The notes below the pieces were generated by a model. The model did no database searches, was not told the DNA's origin, and was given only the letters and a program-made list of their open reading frames with translations. A program made the translations under genes and the position numbers. Shown piece after piece: positions 1 to 17,941 of a stretch of DNA of 64,000 nucleotides. The stretch is from Guillardia theta CCMP2712. Lineage: Eukaryota; Protista; Cryptophyta. Each line of letters opens with the position of its first letter. The stretch's first letter is position 1. The stretch covers positions 180,482 through 244,481 of the forward strand of contig NW_005434594.1 of assembly GCF_000315625.1 (NCBI RefSeq). The letters are read 5' to 3'.

Positions 1-5727
<5,727 letters not shown>

Positions 5728-5949
5728 CATATGACATTGATACCACTAACATCATGATCGTTTAATTGCTTCATTGTATTGTAGCTGTACTCTTGGTGAC
5801 TTGTACCATGGTCGTGAACTTTGATCAGTGTACCACGATAGGAGTATTTCAATGACTCCGTGTTGATTGTGGATTTGATATCACTCCTGTAAAACGTCAA
5901 AACGTCACTGATTCAATGATTGCAAACACTCGTCATTGAGTTTTCTGCA

Positions 5950-6665
5950 GGGCATGATCGACATAGTTTCCGCTGAGACAGTTTGCACGTACCATGATGG
6001 ATTGTTCTGCTCATCGATCAGGAGGAGAAACAGGAAGAGAACACAGAGGTCGTTGTGTAAGGTGAAGACTAAGCGCAAACAGCAAACATTGTCATTTTTT
6101 TGTGTTGGACTGATTGTGCTTGTCTTCGGAAAGATTTGACATGATTTCGAATCATGCTGCTCTGTAATGACATTCCGTAACATATATGAGGGGAGAGGGA
6201 GGAGATGACCACGAACCACGACTACAATTGCGATGAAGACGATGACGATGACGATGACGATGATGACGATGATGTTGATTGTGATGATGACGACGACGAT
6301 GATGATGATGTGAAACAGAAGGACGATAATGACCCTTCATTGCTGCAGGAGAAATGTGTTGTTCTAGGCTGCAACAAGAAGTGCAATCTGCTCGAAAGCC
6401 ACAACCCTCTCATTCAACATTATTGCGGAGATGAGACGTGCCCCATGCTCTGCTCTATTGCAAACTGCGGGAGGAAGTGCAAAGGAGATCACTGGCATCC
6501 CATGAACCCTCTTGCTGTTCACCATTGCGGCCATGAAGATCATACATGCGGAAGGTTGCGATCAGGGTTCTGTTGTGCTTGCAACCTTTCTTGCGCTATC
6601 GGTGCTGCTGTACCTCATGCTAGGCACGAGTGCAGGTATGAGATGATAATGGAAAAGACGACGAC

Positions 6666-6701
<36 letters not shown>

Positions 6702-6714
6702 AATGATGATGATA

Positions 6715-6761
<47 letters not shown>

Positions 6762-9700
6762 AATGACATTGTATGTATGCACGATGATGTGTACTGTTTC
6801 ATGTCTCGTACATTTCTTTCATGGCCTCACAAACGTGCTTTTACTATTGACGACAGGCAAACTGATCAACCCTGTGTGTTCTCATGTCATATCGCAAACT
6901 GTCCGAATCCATGCTCATCAACCGATCACTTCCACGGTGAGACAAGATCGATCACGTTTTATGTTGCTAACAACAACGCTTTCTCCCTCCCTCCCTCCCT
7001 CTTTCCGTCTCTTCCTCTCCCTCCTTTCTATCTCTCTCTCCAGGCTTCACCATGACTGGAGAAATCGACCATTCAGTGCAACATCAATGCGATCAGGATC
7101 ATACATGCAGCGAACTCTGTTCAGCACCAAACTGCGGGCTTCTCTGCAAGATAGGGAGAGAATCCTTCCATACAATCCATTCCTGCGGATCGCAAACGTG
7201 CACAGGAAAGTGCTCGATCGCTGGCTGTGAAGCAAGCTGTGCGTTTGTTGACGACCACCATCGCACAAAACACCAGAAATGTCATTGCGGAGGAAATCAT
7301 CCTTGCAAACAGATGTGCGATGCGGCTCATTGCAAAGACAAGTGCGTGAGAATAGGGATACACCATACGCACTCTTGCCAACATGACGACAAACAAGACA
7401 TGAAAGCTTGTCTTGCCATGTGCTCCATCAAGGGATGCAAAAGATCTTGTAAGGAGACCGATCACCATCATGCAGCTGAAGGTAGTAGAGAGCACAACTG
7501 CGGGGAGTTTCATGCTTGTCCCCAAACTTGCTCCGCGGAGAACTGCTCCTTGAGATGTGTGCTGGACTTCTGCAACCATGGTTCTTGTTTTGTCTTCAGT
7601 GACAGCAAGCAAATGGGACAGGGAGTAGATAACAAGCTCGGGGAAAAGAAGACAGAGCTGGAGGGTCGAGACAAGATCGAAAGCTCGACTGATGACAACG
7701 ATTGTGATACATACATCATTCCTAAAGGAAGCAAGTTGCGACAGATGCCTTCAGAAAGCATCCACTGGTGTAAGAATCATGGATGCCAGGTCAGAAGTTC
7801 GATATATTATCCTCCTCCTTCCCCTCCTGCTGCTGCTGCTCTTCCTCCTTCTCCTCCTCCTCCTTCTCCTTCTCCTCCTCCTCCTCCTCCTCCTTCTCCT
7901 TCTCCTTCTCCTTCTCCTTCTCCTTCTCCTGCTCCTGCTCCTGCTCCTGCTTCTCCTCCTCCTCCTCCTCCTCCTCCGCTTCTGCTCCTCCATCTACTCC
8001 TACTCCTTCAGCTTCTCCAACTCGTCCTCCTTTCCCCCGTCTTCCTTCTCATTCGTTTCCATATCTTTCTCCTCTTTGCTCTTGCCCCCCCTCTTCCTCA
8101 TTCTCTTCCACTTACTTTTGAATCTCCAACTTTCCCCCTCCCTCTCCTCCTCCCTCTCCTCCCTCTCCTCCTTCCTCTCCCCACATCCCTCTCTCCATAT
8201 CTCACACTTTCTCAGCTCTCCTGCCACATGCAAGGATGCAACCAGCCCTGCTCGTCCTCCGACCACTTCCACCACCTCCACAGCATCAGCAAGCTCGATC
8301 ACATGTGCCAGCTTGCACACAGCTGCTCCGAGCAAGGAGGAACATGCCAGCAGCAAGAGGGGAGGTGTATCGACGCAAATGGAGCGCTGCTGGCTGAAGG
8401 CGTCAGAGGCACCTGCAGGATCCGAATCCCTCCGTGTGAGCAAGCGCACAAGAGCTCGTGCTCCTGCTTGTCCGAGTATCACCCGGTGAGAGATGGGATG
8501 CGAGAATGGGGATGAGGCACAGAGAGGAGGAGGAAGAGGAGGGGGAGAGGATGAAGAGGAAGAGAAGGAGGAAGAGGAAGAGGAAGAGGAAGAGGAAGAG
8601 GAAGAGGAGGAAGAGAAGGAGGAAGAGTTAGATGAAACGAAGAAGAGACGATGGGGAGGAATCTTGAGATTCAGGAAAGGACAGGTGCAAGACAAGAAGA
8701 AGAAAGGAGGTCGGCAAAATGCAGTGAAGAAAAAGAGAGTGAGCGAGTGAGATGGAGTGAGACAGAGACAGGGACAAGGAAACAGAAAAGAAGCAACGAG
8801 ATGGATTTGATGGTTCTAAGAAGAATGACTTGTTGTCACAGACTACTTCAAGATTCGTTTTAGAACATCTCGTGGACGAAGGGGTCGCAGGGAGAGTGAG
8901 CAAAACTCGTCTCGTTCCATGCGGAGCAATTTGTGATCGTGAGTCATACAGGAGAGAGGAAAGAAGAGAAAGGGAGACAGGAATAGGAAGGAATAGGAGG
9001 GAAAGGGAAGAGGAGAGGAATGAAGAGGAATAAGAGAAGAGTGAGAGGGAGGGAAAGAGAAGAAAAGAGAGGAGGAAGGAGAAGAGAGAGGGAGTCGAAG
9101 AAGAGGAGAGAGGGAGGGAGAGGGAGAGGGAGGGCTTGGAGGAACGAGGAGAAAACAGATGATATGAGAGGGTAATGGCGATGACGATGGCGATGACGAT
9201 GGTGAATGTTTGCAGGATTCGGGTGTATGGGAGCTTGTACCCGGCTGGTTCGCGTCAACGAGGCTGGGGAGCGAGGAGGAGAGTCGCACGTTCACTGCTG
9301 TGATAGGAACAAGTGCATGGGGAAATGCGGGAGAGACGACAGTTGTGTTCGACCTTGCAGCAAGCATCATGTTCATACTGTTGTTGAGTTCCAAAGCTTG
9401 CAGCCACTGCGTCCTTCTCATGTGAGACAGAAGTTGTAGCTGTAGTGTGAAGATCTGAGATGATCGGAATGTTCAATCTTCAACGATGGTCAATGATATG
9501 ACTCTGTTTGATCTTTCTCGTGATTGATGGATTAATCCTTGTACTCGCTATTTTGCTCCACTATCTTTCCTATCTGTCAACGTAATTGACATTTGCCTTC
9601 TCCTCTTTGCACTCCTCTTCCTTTCATCCTTCCATCCACTCTTTCTTTTCCTCCCCTTTGTCTTTATCCTCTACCTTCTCGATCACCACCACAACTTCTT

Positions 9701-11766
9701 CCATCTCACTTCTTGTTTGTCATTCTTTCCACTCACGCATACAATTCGCAGGAGGTCAATGGAATTGGAATAGAATTCTTCAGGCAGATGCTGACAGAAC
9801 AAGACGTTTTCGAGCTTTCACTCCCGAATCCTCCCGAGGCTGTAAGATGACTTTTTCTCCTTCTGACCTTCTTCCTTCTGTTTCTTCTCCTGCTCCTCTG
9901 TGTTCATATCTTCCTCTTCCTCCTCGTTCCCCTCCCTCCTCCTTTCCCTCCTCTTCGTGCTTTCAAACTTTATCATTCTTGTTCCTTCATCCCGCTCCAG
10001 CTCTTCTCTGTTTCTTCATTTTCAAACCTCGTTTCTTCTCCACTCTTGACTCTCTTCCACCACCAAGTCCTCCTCCTCCACCACCACCACCACCACCACC
10101 ACCACCACACCACCACCTCCTCCTCCTCCTCCTCCAACTCATCCTCCTCCTCCAACTCATCTTCCTCCTCCAGCTCATCCTGCTTCTCCTCCTCCTCCTC
10201 CTCCTCCTCCTCCTCCTCCTCTTCCTCCGCTTCCTCTTCTCATTGCTACTCTCGCTCAAGTTCACTGTGACCTGGCAGGTTGTGGCCAAGGAAACCGGAT
10301 GCAACGTCTGGTTCGACCCCTCTGGCATAGTCGGAAGGAGTTCGTGGNNNNNNNNNNNNNNNNNNNNNNNNNNNNNNNNNNNNNNNNNNNNNNNNNNNNN
10401 NNNNNNNNNNNNNNNNNNNNNNNNNNNNNNNNNNNNNNNNNNNNNNNATGTGCTTATTGATTTCTTGCGCGTCTTCCAACCCTATCGTGATGCGTTCTCC
10501 TTCCAATACCTCCCCTACACTATCCTTTTCCTCTCTCTCCTTTCCGTTCTCATCCCCCTTCTCGTCTTTTTCCATTCCTGCTTTCCCTTCCTCAACCGCG
10601 TCCTCAGGCCCGCGCCTCCACCTCTTTCACCACTTCATCTCATCGCTATCGACAGGACTCTTCCTCCTCCTCCTCCTCCTCCTCCCTTCCTCGCACCCTC
10701 GACTTCTCTCCTACCAAGTTGCGCGAGCTTGCCTTGAGCTTTCGAGCCGGAAACGTCGGAGTTCAGCGTCAGCAATGCTCGACCTGCGACTGCGGCTGCC
10801 ATGACGGACAGGCGACGGGGCAGCCAGGAAGGAGCAGCAGCAACGCTGGCGATGGGAGGAGTAGGGCAGACAGGGAGCAGGTCAATGTCTTCTTCGAGCA
10901 GGTGATCTTGTTCAGTGCGTGAGGATACCAGCTAATTTCCCAGCAGATTCCCAGTAGGAGGGATCCGCACGGCATCGTCAGCTCACTGATCAGAGCAGAC
11001 GCTCTCTGCCTTGCGAGCTCGGTGGAAGTGACATCGAGGAGCATCATGGAGGAAGACACTTGCAAGGTCGGGCAGGGTGTCTAGAGAAGAGAAGAGCGGA
11101 GATGCGAGGGGAGCGGAGCGCTCCGGAGCGGAGAGGAGACGAGAGGAGACGGGAGGGGAGGGGAGGAGAGCAGAGGAGAGGAGAGGAGAGGAGAGGAGAG
11201 GGGGGAGGGCAGCACTGCTGCTGCTGTGATGTACTGACGGGATCCTTGCTCCGCAGGTGAAGTCTTTCGTTACCTTTGCCAAGAAGCTCCCAGGGAGACC
11301 GAGATCGGCCATGGCCAGGACGCTGTCACCAGTCACATCTGCCACCTCCTCCTCTCTCGAGGGAGCCGCTCCGTCTTCCTCCCTCCTCCTCGACTCTCTT
11401 CGTGATCGTCCCTCCAGGAGCAGTACCTTGGAGGGGCAGTTGAGAGCAGCATCGAGCTTGTCCTGGGTGTCGTCGAGACCCCCGCCAGCCACAGACAAGA
11501 GCAGGAGGAGCTTGATGGAAACATCCTCTGCCCCCGGGAGGAAGAGTATGCGAGCTCTACTCCGCATGGCGTTCCCTGCTCGATCCTCCAGCAGCTTGCC
11601 TAGCCGGCCCCCCAGCATGGTAGACCTCTCCTCCTCCTCCTCCACTTGGCGACGGTCTCCCTCCCCCATCCTATCAGAATCCGTCAAGCGTCCAAGCAGC
11701 TCCCTGGGATTCCGTCCCAGGTCTCGATCGTCGGCAGCAAAAGCATCCGCCTCTACCATCATGTGA
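5950..11766 (+). CDS. Multi-exon protein with tandem Cys/His-rich repeats (H-x-CG-x-H-x-C) and a Ser/Arg-rich tail; possibly the 3' part of the previous gene
   Basis: Exons ~6349-6635, 7044-7789, 8216-8485 and 9218-9421 encode repeated C-x3-C...DH-x-H...HCG motifs. The terminal exon 11257-11766 follows a CCGCAG acceptor. The gene is interrupted by an N gap. Confidence 0.55.
10348..10447. other. Assembly gap (100 N)
   Basis: Run of N. Confidence 1.
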
Positions 11767-12126
11767 TAGAGACGGCAGAACAAGGAGAAATGTGCTAGCA
11801 CAAGGGTATTATAACAGAAACAGAGACAGAAACAGAAACAGAAAATGCAAGAGGGCCTGCTATCCACAATGACAGTATGCAAGACAGTTTACAGGTCTTC
11901 ACTGTTCACTCATCTCATAGTTCAAACAGAACACGACATGATATGTTGATAGCACATTCCCAGTCCGCCATCCCTTAGATTCTAAGTTCCAAGTATCTTT
12001 ATATACAAGATGTCAATCATTCAAAGTCCGCTAATCAACAAGAGTTCTCTACTGTCATTACATCACTACACTCACACCTTCCTCGTCACTGTTCGCGCAA
12101 GAACCAACAGCACATGCTCAACCTAC

Positions 12127-12987
12127 TCACTGACCGTCTGCAGCCGAAGAGTCATGCAGCATCTGCAGCAGGCGGTACCGAGAAGCCTCCCCGTCCGCAT
12201 AGCTCGTCGGCCTCTTAGGAGTTTGTGGCACCTCAGGCGCACCCTGCCCTGCCTCTTGCCCTGCCTCTTGGTCTCCTGCTCCACTGAGAGAGGGGTTCTC
12301 TCCCGTTGTATATCCAGGCAGCTCGAGCTGGAACCCTTGCTTCACGTCTGCAAGGAAGTCCTTCAGGCCATCGTAACGATGCCCGTTCAAGATCACGTTG
12401 CTCCCATCCAGCACGCCAGTGATGCGAGAAAACATCTTCCCGGAGCTCTCGTTCTTCCAGCGAGCAAAGTACGAGACCGTGTTGAGCCGGCATGGTTTCT
12501 CAGGAGCCGCCGACGAGGGGTCGCTACGATGCCGCACAAGCTTGTAGGCCGACATGCTAGCATCCTCCATGCTCTGATCTTCGTTCCCTCCCTGCATGGG
12601 GCTGGGTCCTGGACACGGCCTCTCCTCGATCTTGCCTGGTATGAAAGGGATGAACTCTGTGAGGGAGGGAGGTCGAGACCGTCTCATCCCAAGGGAAGGT
12701 CCTTGAGGAGACCCCTTGTCCTGGTCCTGGTTGTAGAGTCCCTCCATGGAAGCGGAGCTTTCGGAGGTAGCACCGGTTGGAGAGTTGATGCCGTCGCTGT
12801 CCCCATGCACCACCGAATCCGCGCATGGCCCTGCATTGAGGACACACTCCTCATCCTGCATGGCTCCGTCTTGCGTGATAAAGTGGAAGAAAACTCCATT
12901 CCTGCATCCTCTCTTGTTATCCTGCTGACCATCGCTGCTCGACAAGCCCGTCGTGACCATTGCCATCTGCTCTTCGGCGCAAGCCAT
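12127..12987 (-). CDS. Hypothetical protein (~286 aa, apparently single exon)
   Basis: Long ORF with protein-like composition. It is mostly low-complexity, with a small globular-looking segment (VSYFARWKN...ITGVLDGSNVILNGHRYDGLKDFLADVK). No family recognised. Confidence 0.55.
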   Translation of the reverse strand: MACAEEQMAMVTTGLSSSDGQQDNKRGCRNGVFFHFITQDGAMQDEECVLNAGPCADSVVHGDSDGINSPTGATSESSASMEGLYNQDQDKGSPQGPSLGMRRSRPPSLTEFIPFIPGKIEERPCPGPSPMQGGNEDQSMEDASMSAYKLVRHRSDPSSAAPEKPCRLNTVSYFARWKNESSGKMFSRITGVLDGSNVILNGHRYDGLKDFLADVKQGFQLELPGYTTGENPSLSGAGDQEAGQEAGQGAPEVPQTPKRPTSYADGEASRYRLLQMLHDSSAADGQ

Positions 12988-13876
12988 ATCGAGGGCCACT
13001 AGAGTGGTCAAGTGCTGTTTGCGAAGGGTGGGGGTAGTCTGACCACGGGTCCTGTAATAGGCCTTTTAAATCACCCCACCATTTGTAATGTCAGCAATGG
13101 CCTAAAGAAGGGGTATATGAACAGAATTGGCAATGCACAAAGATCACTACAACACATTGCTCGCTTATGAGGGGTAGGGACCTCTACAAGTAATTTAATC
13201 GACTGTGCGGAAATGCGCGTTGCAACCAAGAGGGTACTCGATTGGTAGTCGAGGGGTGGGGGTGGATGGTGGGGAAAAAAGGGTAGCTATAAAGGATATT
13301 GGTGAGGGTGGGTCTGTGTTAAAAGTAGTTATACACCTTCGAGATCGAGGCTGCTCGTATACGGATATGTGTCAAGCGCTGTATTCATGCATCGATTTGT
13401 CCATTGTAAAACAGTCAGTTTAAAACACTGACTCCTTACTACGAAATCCTCGTTAAGATTTCATCATGCTTCCGTTATATCGCTCGGATTGGTACGAAAG
13501 GAGAGGGTTTGGTTGTGGGAAAAATATTGTAAAATCGGAACATCTCCAGATTCTATCCCAACGGTTAGAAGACCGTGACATGCAGGGCTCATGACCTCTT
13601 CCTTTCTTTTCATTTCACCACTGTGAGTCTAACAACGTCACTATAAAATTTGAAATCTAAAGATACCTATTTCGAATTTATACCAGTGATGGTGCTGAAC
13701 CTCATGAATATTTCGGGCCGGGGCCCGGGCCGGGCGGTTCAGATCCGACCAGGCTGAGTGCGGGTGGTCAATAGCGGGGACGTGGTCAATGGGGGGCCAG
13801 GAGTGCGAGCAGGTGTACGATCGAGACTGAAGGAGCGGAACTCGATGGCGGGAGGAGGAGTGACGAGGCGTGTGCG

Positions 13877-15889
13877 ATGGTGACTAGATCGAGCTGCGAA
13901 GAGGATATGAAGAGCTCAACACAACGCGTGAGGAGGGAGCCGGTGAGCTGTAGGGCTGCGTCAGCTCTCTTGGCGCTGGCGTTTCTATGTTTGTGCAGCG
14001 GGGAGACAGCAGGAGCGGGGCTAGCAAGTATGTGCTTCAATCTACAGCCGTGCGCCAATCATGCCCTTCAAAGGAGAGATTTCCTGTGTAGACATCAGTG
14101 TGTGCATTTTTCGGCTGGTCGGCAACTGCGATCTTTTGCGACAAGATGCCGCCTGCCTCCTGTTGTGAAGTGCAGCATGGAGCAGAGTAGCGATCTCTCC
14201 TCGCTCCCTCCCGAGCTCCAGCGCCTGTGCTCATGGCTTGCTGAGAGCAGAAATGACAAGGAGGCGGCGATCAAGCTCGTCCAACTTGGCGACAGCCTGG
14301 AGCTATACATGGGCAAGTCAGAGAGGAGGGGGGGGGAGAAGGTAAGGGTGCCTGGCTGCATCTCAAACGTGCGGGTCTCTGTCGCCAGCAAGGAGGATGA
14401 AAGCGGATCGCTGAGAGTCTCACTGGACGGGGACGCGGACGCGAGGGTAGCTAGAGGCATGCTGGCGCTGCTTGTCAAGGGACTTGGCGGGCTGACGGCG
14501 CAGGAGGTCCTGTCGACACGGTCCGACGACATCATCCAGGCAGCGAACTTGAAGAGCCTGCTGCCCACCGGAAGGAACGACGGGCTCAGGAGCATGCTGG
14601 CAACGTTCCAAACGCTCATCGAGAACGAGCTCAAGGGTCGAAAGAAGGAGACAGTAGTTCAAGATGCTGGTGCGCATGCCCCTGCCGAGGCCCGGCAGGT
14701 ATGGGCGTGGGGAGGGAGGAGCGAGGAAGTAGCTGTGCTCCTGTCAGGAGGAGTTGATTCCTCTGTCGCACTGGAGCTCGTTCGGCGGCAGGGCTTCAAG
14801 CCTCGTGCCTTCTACTTGCGGATATGGCTGGAGGACGAGCTAGCACACCTTGGAGAGTGTCCGTGGGAGGAGGACTGGAGTTACGCTTCCTCTGTGGCAG
14901 AGCAGCTCAAAGTGCCGCTGGAGTCGATATCGCTGCAGGAGGAGTACTGGGAGCAGGTGGTGGAGTACCTGATCAGGGAGGCGAAGATGGGGAGGACGCC
15001 GAACCCTGACATCATGTGCAACAGCAGGATCAAGTTCGGCATGTTCGAGGAGTACGTGGGGAAGCATTTCAGCCGCGTTGCCTCGGGTCACTATGCAGTG
15101 AGCTGCCACGATGACGTGGGGACAAGGCCGTCCCGGCTGATGATGTCACCTGACAAGGTCAAGGACCAGACTTACTTCCTGTGCAACCTGCGTCAGGATC
15201 AACTCAAGCACGCCCTCTTCCCTATAGGAGGCTACACCAAGGAGAAGGTGCGGGAGTTGGCGAGGGAGTTCAACCTGCCGACGCAGAGGAGGAAGGACAG
15301 CCAAGGGATCTGCTTCCTGGGCAAGCTCAAGTTCGAAGACTTCGTCGGGCATCACCTCGGAGAAGACCCGGGCCCTGTCATTGACTTCCACACAGGCCGG
15401 GAGCTAGGGGAGCACCGAGGCCTCTGGTTCTACACGATCGGGCAGCGGAAGGGACTGGGAAGCGCTACTAGGAAGGTTACTCACCTTGGACCCTGGTTTG
15501 TAGCCGGCAAAGACAGGGAAAGGAACATGCTGTACGTGTCCAACCAGTATGACGTCATCGAGGGTCCAAGAAGAAGTTTCGATGTGGAGCAGATTAACTG
15601 GATGGCTGGGAGCCTCCCGGAGGACGATGCGCTGCGGCTACGGATCAAGACTCGCCATGGCCCCAACATTCACGACGGGCTGCTCACTCTGTCCCAGGGG
15701 AAACTCAGTGGGCGTGTCTCGCTCGACGGGAGAGACTCTGGGCTGGCGCCCGGTCAGTGGGCGGCGCTGTATGATGGGGAGGAGTGCATAGGAGGGGGGA
15801 TGATAGCTGACTCTACCTTCCTTACCAAGCCGGAAGAGGAGGAGGAGGAGAATGGAGAACTTGCTGTTGCCTTCGGGGAGGACAAGTGA
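13877..15889 (+). CDS. mnmA: SufE-domain / tRNA-specific 2-thiouridylase MnmA fusion with a putative bipartite plastid-targeting leader
   Basis: Uninterrupted 670-aa ORF. SufE-like domain at ~14204-14630 (LPPELQRL...VPGCISNV...DADARVARGMLALLVKGL...LLPTGRNDGLRSML). MnmA motifs: SGGVDS, NPDIMCN, ASGHYA, KDQTYFL, DSQGICF, YTIGQRKGL, APGQ. Confidence 0.95.
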   Translation: MVTRSSCEEDMKSSTQRVRREPVSCRAASALLALAFLCLCSGETAGAGLASMCFNLQPCANHALQRRDFLCRHQCVHFSAGRQLRSFATRCRLPPVVKCSMEQSSDLSSLPPELQRLCSWLAESRNDKEAAIKLVQLGDSLELYMGKSERRGGEKVRVPGCISNVRVSVASKEDESGSLRVSLDGDADARVARGMLALLVKGLGGLTAQEVLSTRSDDIIQAANLKSLLPTGRNDGLRSMLATFQTLIENELKGRKKETVVQDAGAHAPAEARQVWAWGGRSEEVAVLLSGGVDSSVALELVRRQGFKPRAFYLRIWLEDELAHLGECPWEEDWSYASSVAEQLKVPLESISLQEEYWEQVVEYLIREAKMGRTPNPDIMCNSRIKFGMFEEYVGKHFSRVASGHYAVSCHDDVGTRPSRLMMSPDKVKDQTYFLCNLRQDQLKHALFPIGGYTKEKVRELAREFNLPTQRRKDSQGICFLGKLKFEDFVGHHLGEDPGPVIDFHTGRELGEHRGLWFYTIGQRKGLGSATRKVTHLGPWFVAGKDRERNMLYVSNQYDVIEGPRRSFDVEQINWMAGSLPEDDALRLRIKTRHGPNIHDGLLTLSQGKLSGRVSLDGRDSGLAPGQWAALYDGEECIGGGMIADSTFLTKPEEEEEENGELAVAFGEDK

Positions 15890-15931
15890 TGGGTTGGCCG
15901 ACGACCAAGTATCTCGAGTTTTTGTCGCGAT

Positions 15932-17164
15932 TCATTCTACTTCTTTATCTTCCTTATATCTTCTAGCGAATACACTTGTGCGATCATGTCGTGAATGGCT
16001 GTCTTCCGCACTCTTCACCTTACTCTCCTCCTCCGCATTGCGTTGTCTCGTCGAATTCTCATCAAGCAGGAGGCCCCTGTACCAACGGTCAGAGCATGTC
16101 CTTACCATTACAACGTCATGCCAATCCCACCTGGCTCGTCCCTCGTCAAGAGCTGGAGGGCGAAGACAGCATGCCTCAGGCGCCCGCAAGAGCTTCCCTG
16201 CCATAAAGTTCTGTCACTAGCGGCAATTGCTCCAGAGAGCAGAGAAGATCGGCTGAGAGAGAAGGCTCATGTACAACGCAAGGACAGGAGCAGAGCAAAC
16301 GGAGAGGAGAAGCGACAGGAACAAGGTGGAGCGATGGGGTGCAGGAAAGAGACATCGTGCGGGGAAGGAAGAGACTGGCAGCTAACCGTGTTGACCAAGC
16401 TTGACAAGCCTCTAAGGATGGGCTCGAGGATGCCGAGGTTGCTGTTGATCATGTCCTGAATCCTCCTCGGCCCGATAAGGCTGCCGAGCGCTATGGCAGC
16501 CGCATTCGCAACTTCATCGTCATCAACCTAGAAGTCACTCAGGACGGCAATGGAGGAAGTTTGAGACCTCGATGATACGTGCGATGCTGCCAAGAAGCGC
16601 TGCCACTTGCTTGCCTTCAAGGTTGTGAAGGAAGAACTTCTCCCTGTCTCCCAGGCCGCCAATCTGCCTGCACATCCTTGCAGCTTCCTGTACGTTGGGA
16701 GAGCATGCGCCTTGAACAAGCTCGTTGACTTTCCCCCTAGCAGCTCGCTCGCCCTCCTCCCACTCCTTGGCGAACCTGCCGCCTCCAGACGAGCTCTGCA
16801 TGGCCGGACTCTCAGTCATCCTTGTTGGGATGCTTGGCATTTCGGCTGGAATCTCTGCAACTGGAGAGCCTTTCCTTTGATTGAAAGCAACACCAACAGC
16901 AGGCAGCTGCTGCCTGTTCACCGGGAGGAGGGGAACTGATCCCCTCCTCCTGATGCTGGTGACCTGACCGTTGCTGAGATTCTTCAGCTGGAGCTGAACG
17001 AAGTCAATGGAGATGTTTTTGGACAGCATCAGACTGTTCTGGTGTGTGGCCGATGCCTCCGAGAGCTTAGCGCAGTTTTCCCTCGTGAACAGAACCCACT
17101 CTGAGCTCGTAGGGCTCAGGTACTCCCATGCGTGGTGACTTTCTGGTCGCCTTTCTCGCATCAT
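15932..17164 (-). CDS. WWE-domain protein with a helical (ARM-like) C-terminal part, multi-exon
   Basis: AWEYLSPTSSEWVLFTRENCAKLSEA...ISIDFVQLQLKNLSNGQVTSIRRR fits the WWE pattern (W..W..E; IDF..M.Q.N..TG..R.IRR). A downstream exon reads VDDDEVANAAAIALGSL. GT-AG introns are present. Confidence 0.6.
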
Positions 17165-17527
17165 CTCAGAGCTGAATGGCGGCACGAGCCCCTGCGCACA
17201 TCCAGTCCTGCTCGACCCAGTCCCCTGCCTGCACACTTTCTGCTGACTCTTACTCTTGCCTTGGGTCGCTAGCCGCGCACGGCCGCACACACCCGCCTCT
17301 CATATCACCCTTGCCACCTCCCATCCCTTTCATTTCGAACAAGTTCACAGTGCAGCCCCCTGCTCTCTTCCTCTCTCTTTCTCTCCCTCTCTCCCTCTCT
17401 CGAGTCTCCTCCCCCTCCCCGAGTTTAGTCTTGTCAAACGTCCGTTAGAACCGCGGCCGCAGGGTATCAATTTCAGTTCCCGGCCGCCCGGCCGCCGGGG
17501 CGCCGGGCCCGGCCGTCACTCATCCAG

Positions 17528-17560
17528 TGGTACGGACTTGGTACGGACTTGGTACGGACT
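17528..17560. repeat. 11-bp tandem repeat (TGGTACGGACT)x3
   Basis: Directly visible, inside a GC-rich intergenic island. Confidence 0.9.
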
Positions 17561-17941
17561 ACTCAGTATCATAGAGTCATGCCGCAGTAATCACCATGAC
17601 CGGGGCCGGCGCGGCGCTGTCGGAGCCGTTTAGTTCCGAAACTTTCCGAGCCGATCGGACTCCGGATGGGTTCAAGTTAGTAAGCCTTGAGCATCGGAAC
17701 GCCCGGAGACGTTAGGAGTGAAGTAACGGAGAGAAATTCATTTAAGGCTCTTTCATATTGGCCAACAAGCACTGTCCGTGACGCCGAGAACATGAAAAGA
17801 TAAGACTGGTAGAGAGGGAGATCGAGTTGCAAATTCAACAAGGCAATACCGCAGCGAGGAGAGAACAGAAGAGAAAGAAGACTGAGAGGGAAGAAGGGGG
17901 GGAGGGGGAGGAGGTGGGAACTTTCTCCCACCACACCTCAA

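Noticed and set aside
10983-11882. 299-aa minus-strand ORF
   Set aside because: More simply explained as the antisense shadow of the + strand terminal exons, which have proper splice signals; no recognisable domain
12010-13002. 330-aa plus-strand ORF
   Set aside because: Antisense to the more protein-like minus ORF; no motifs
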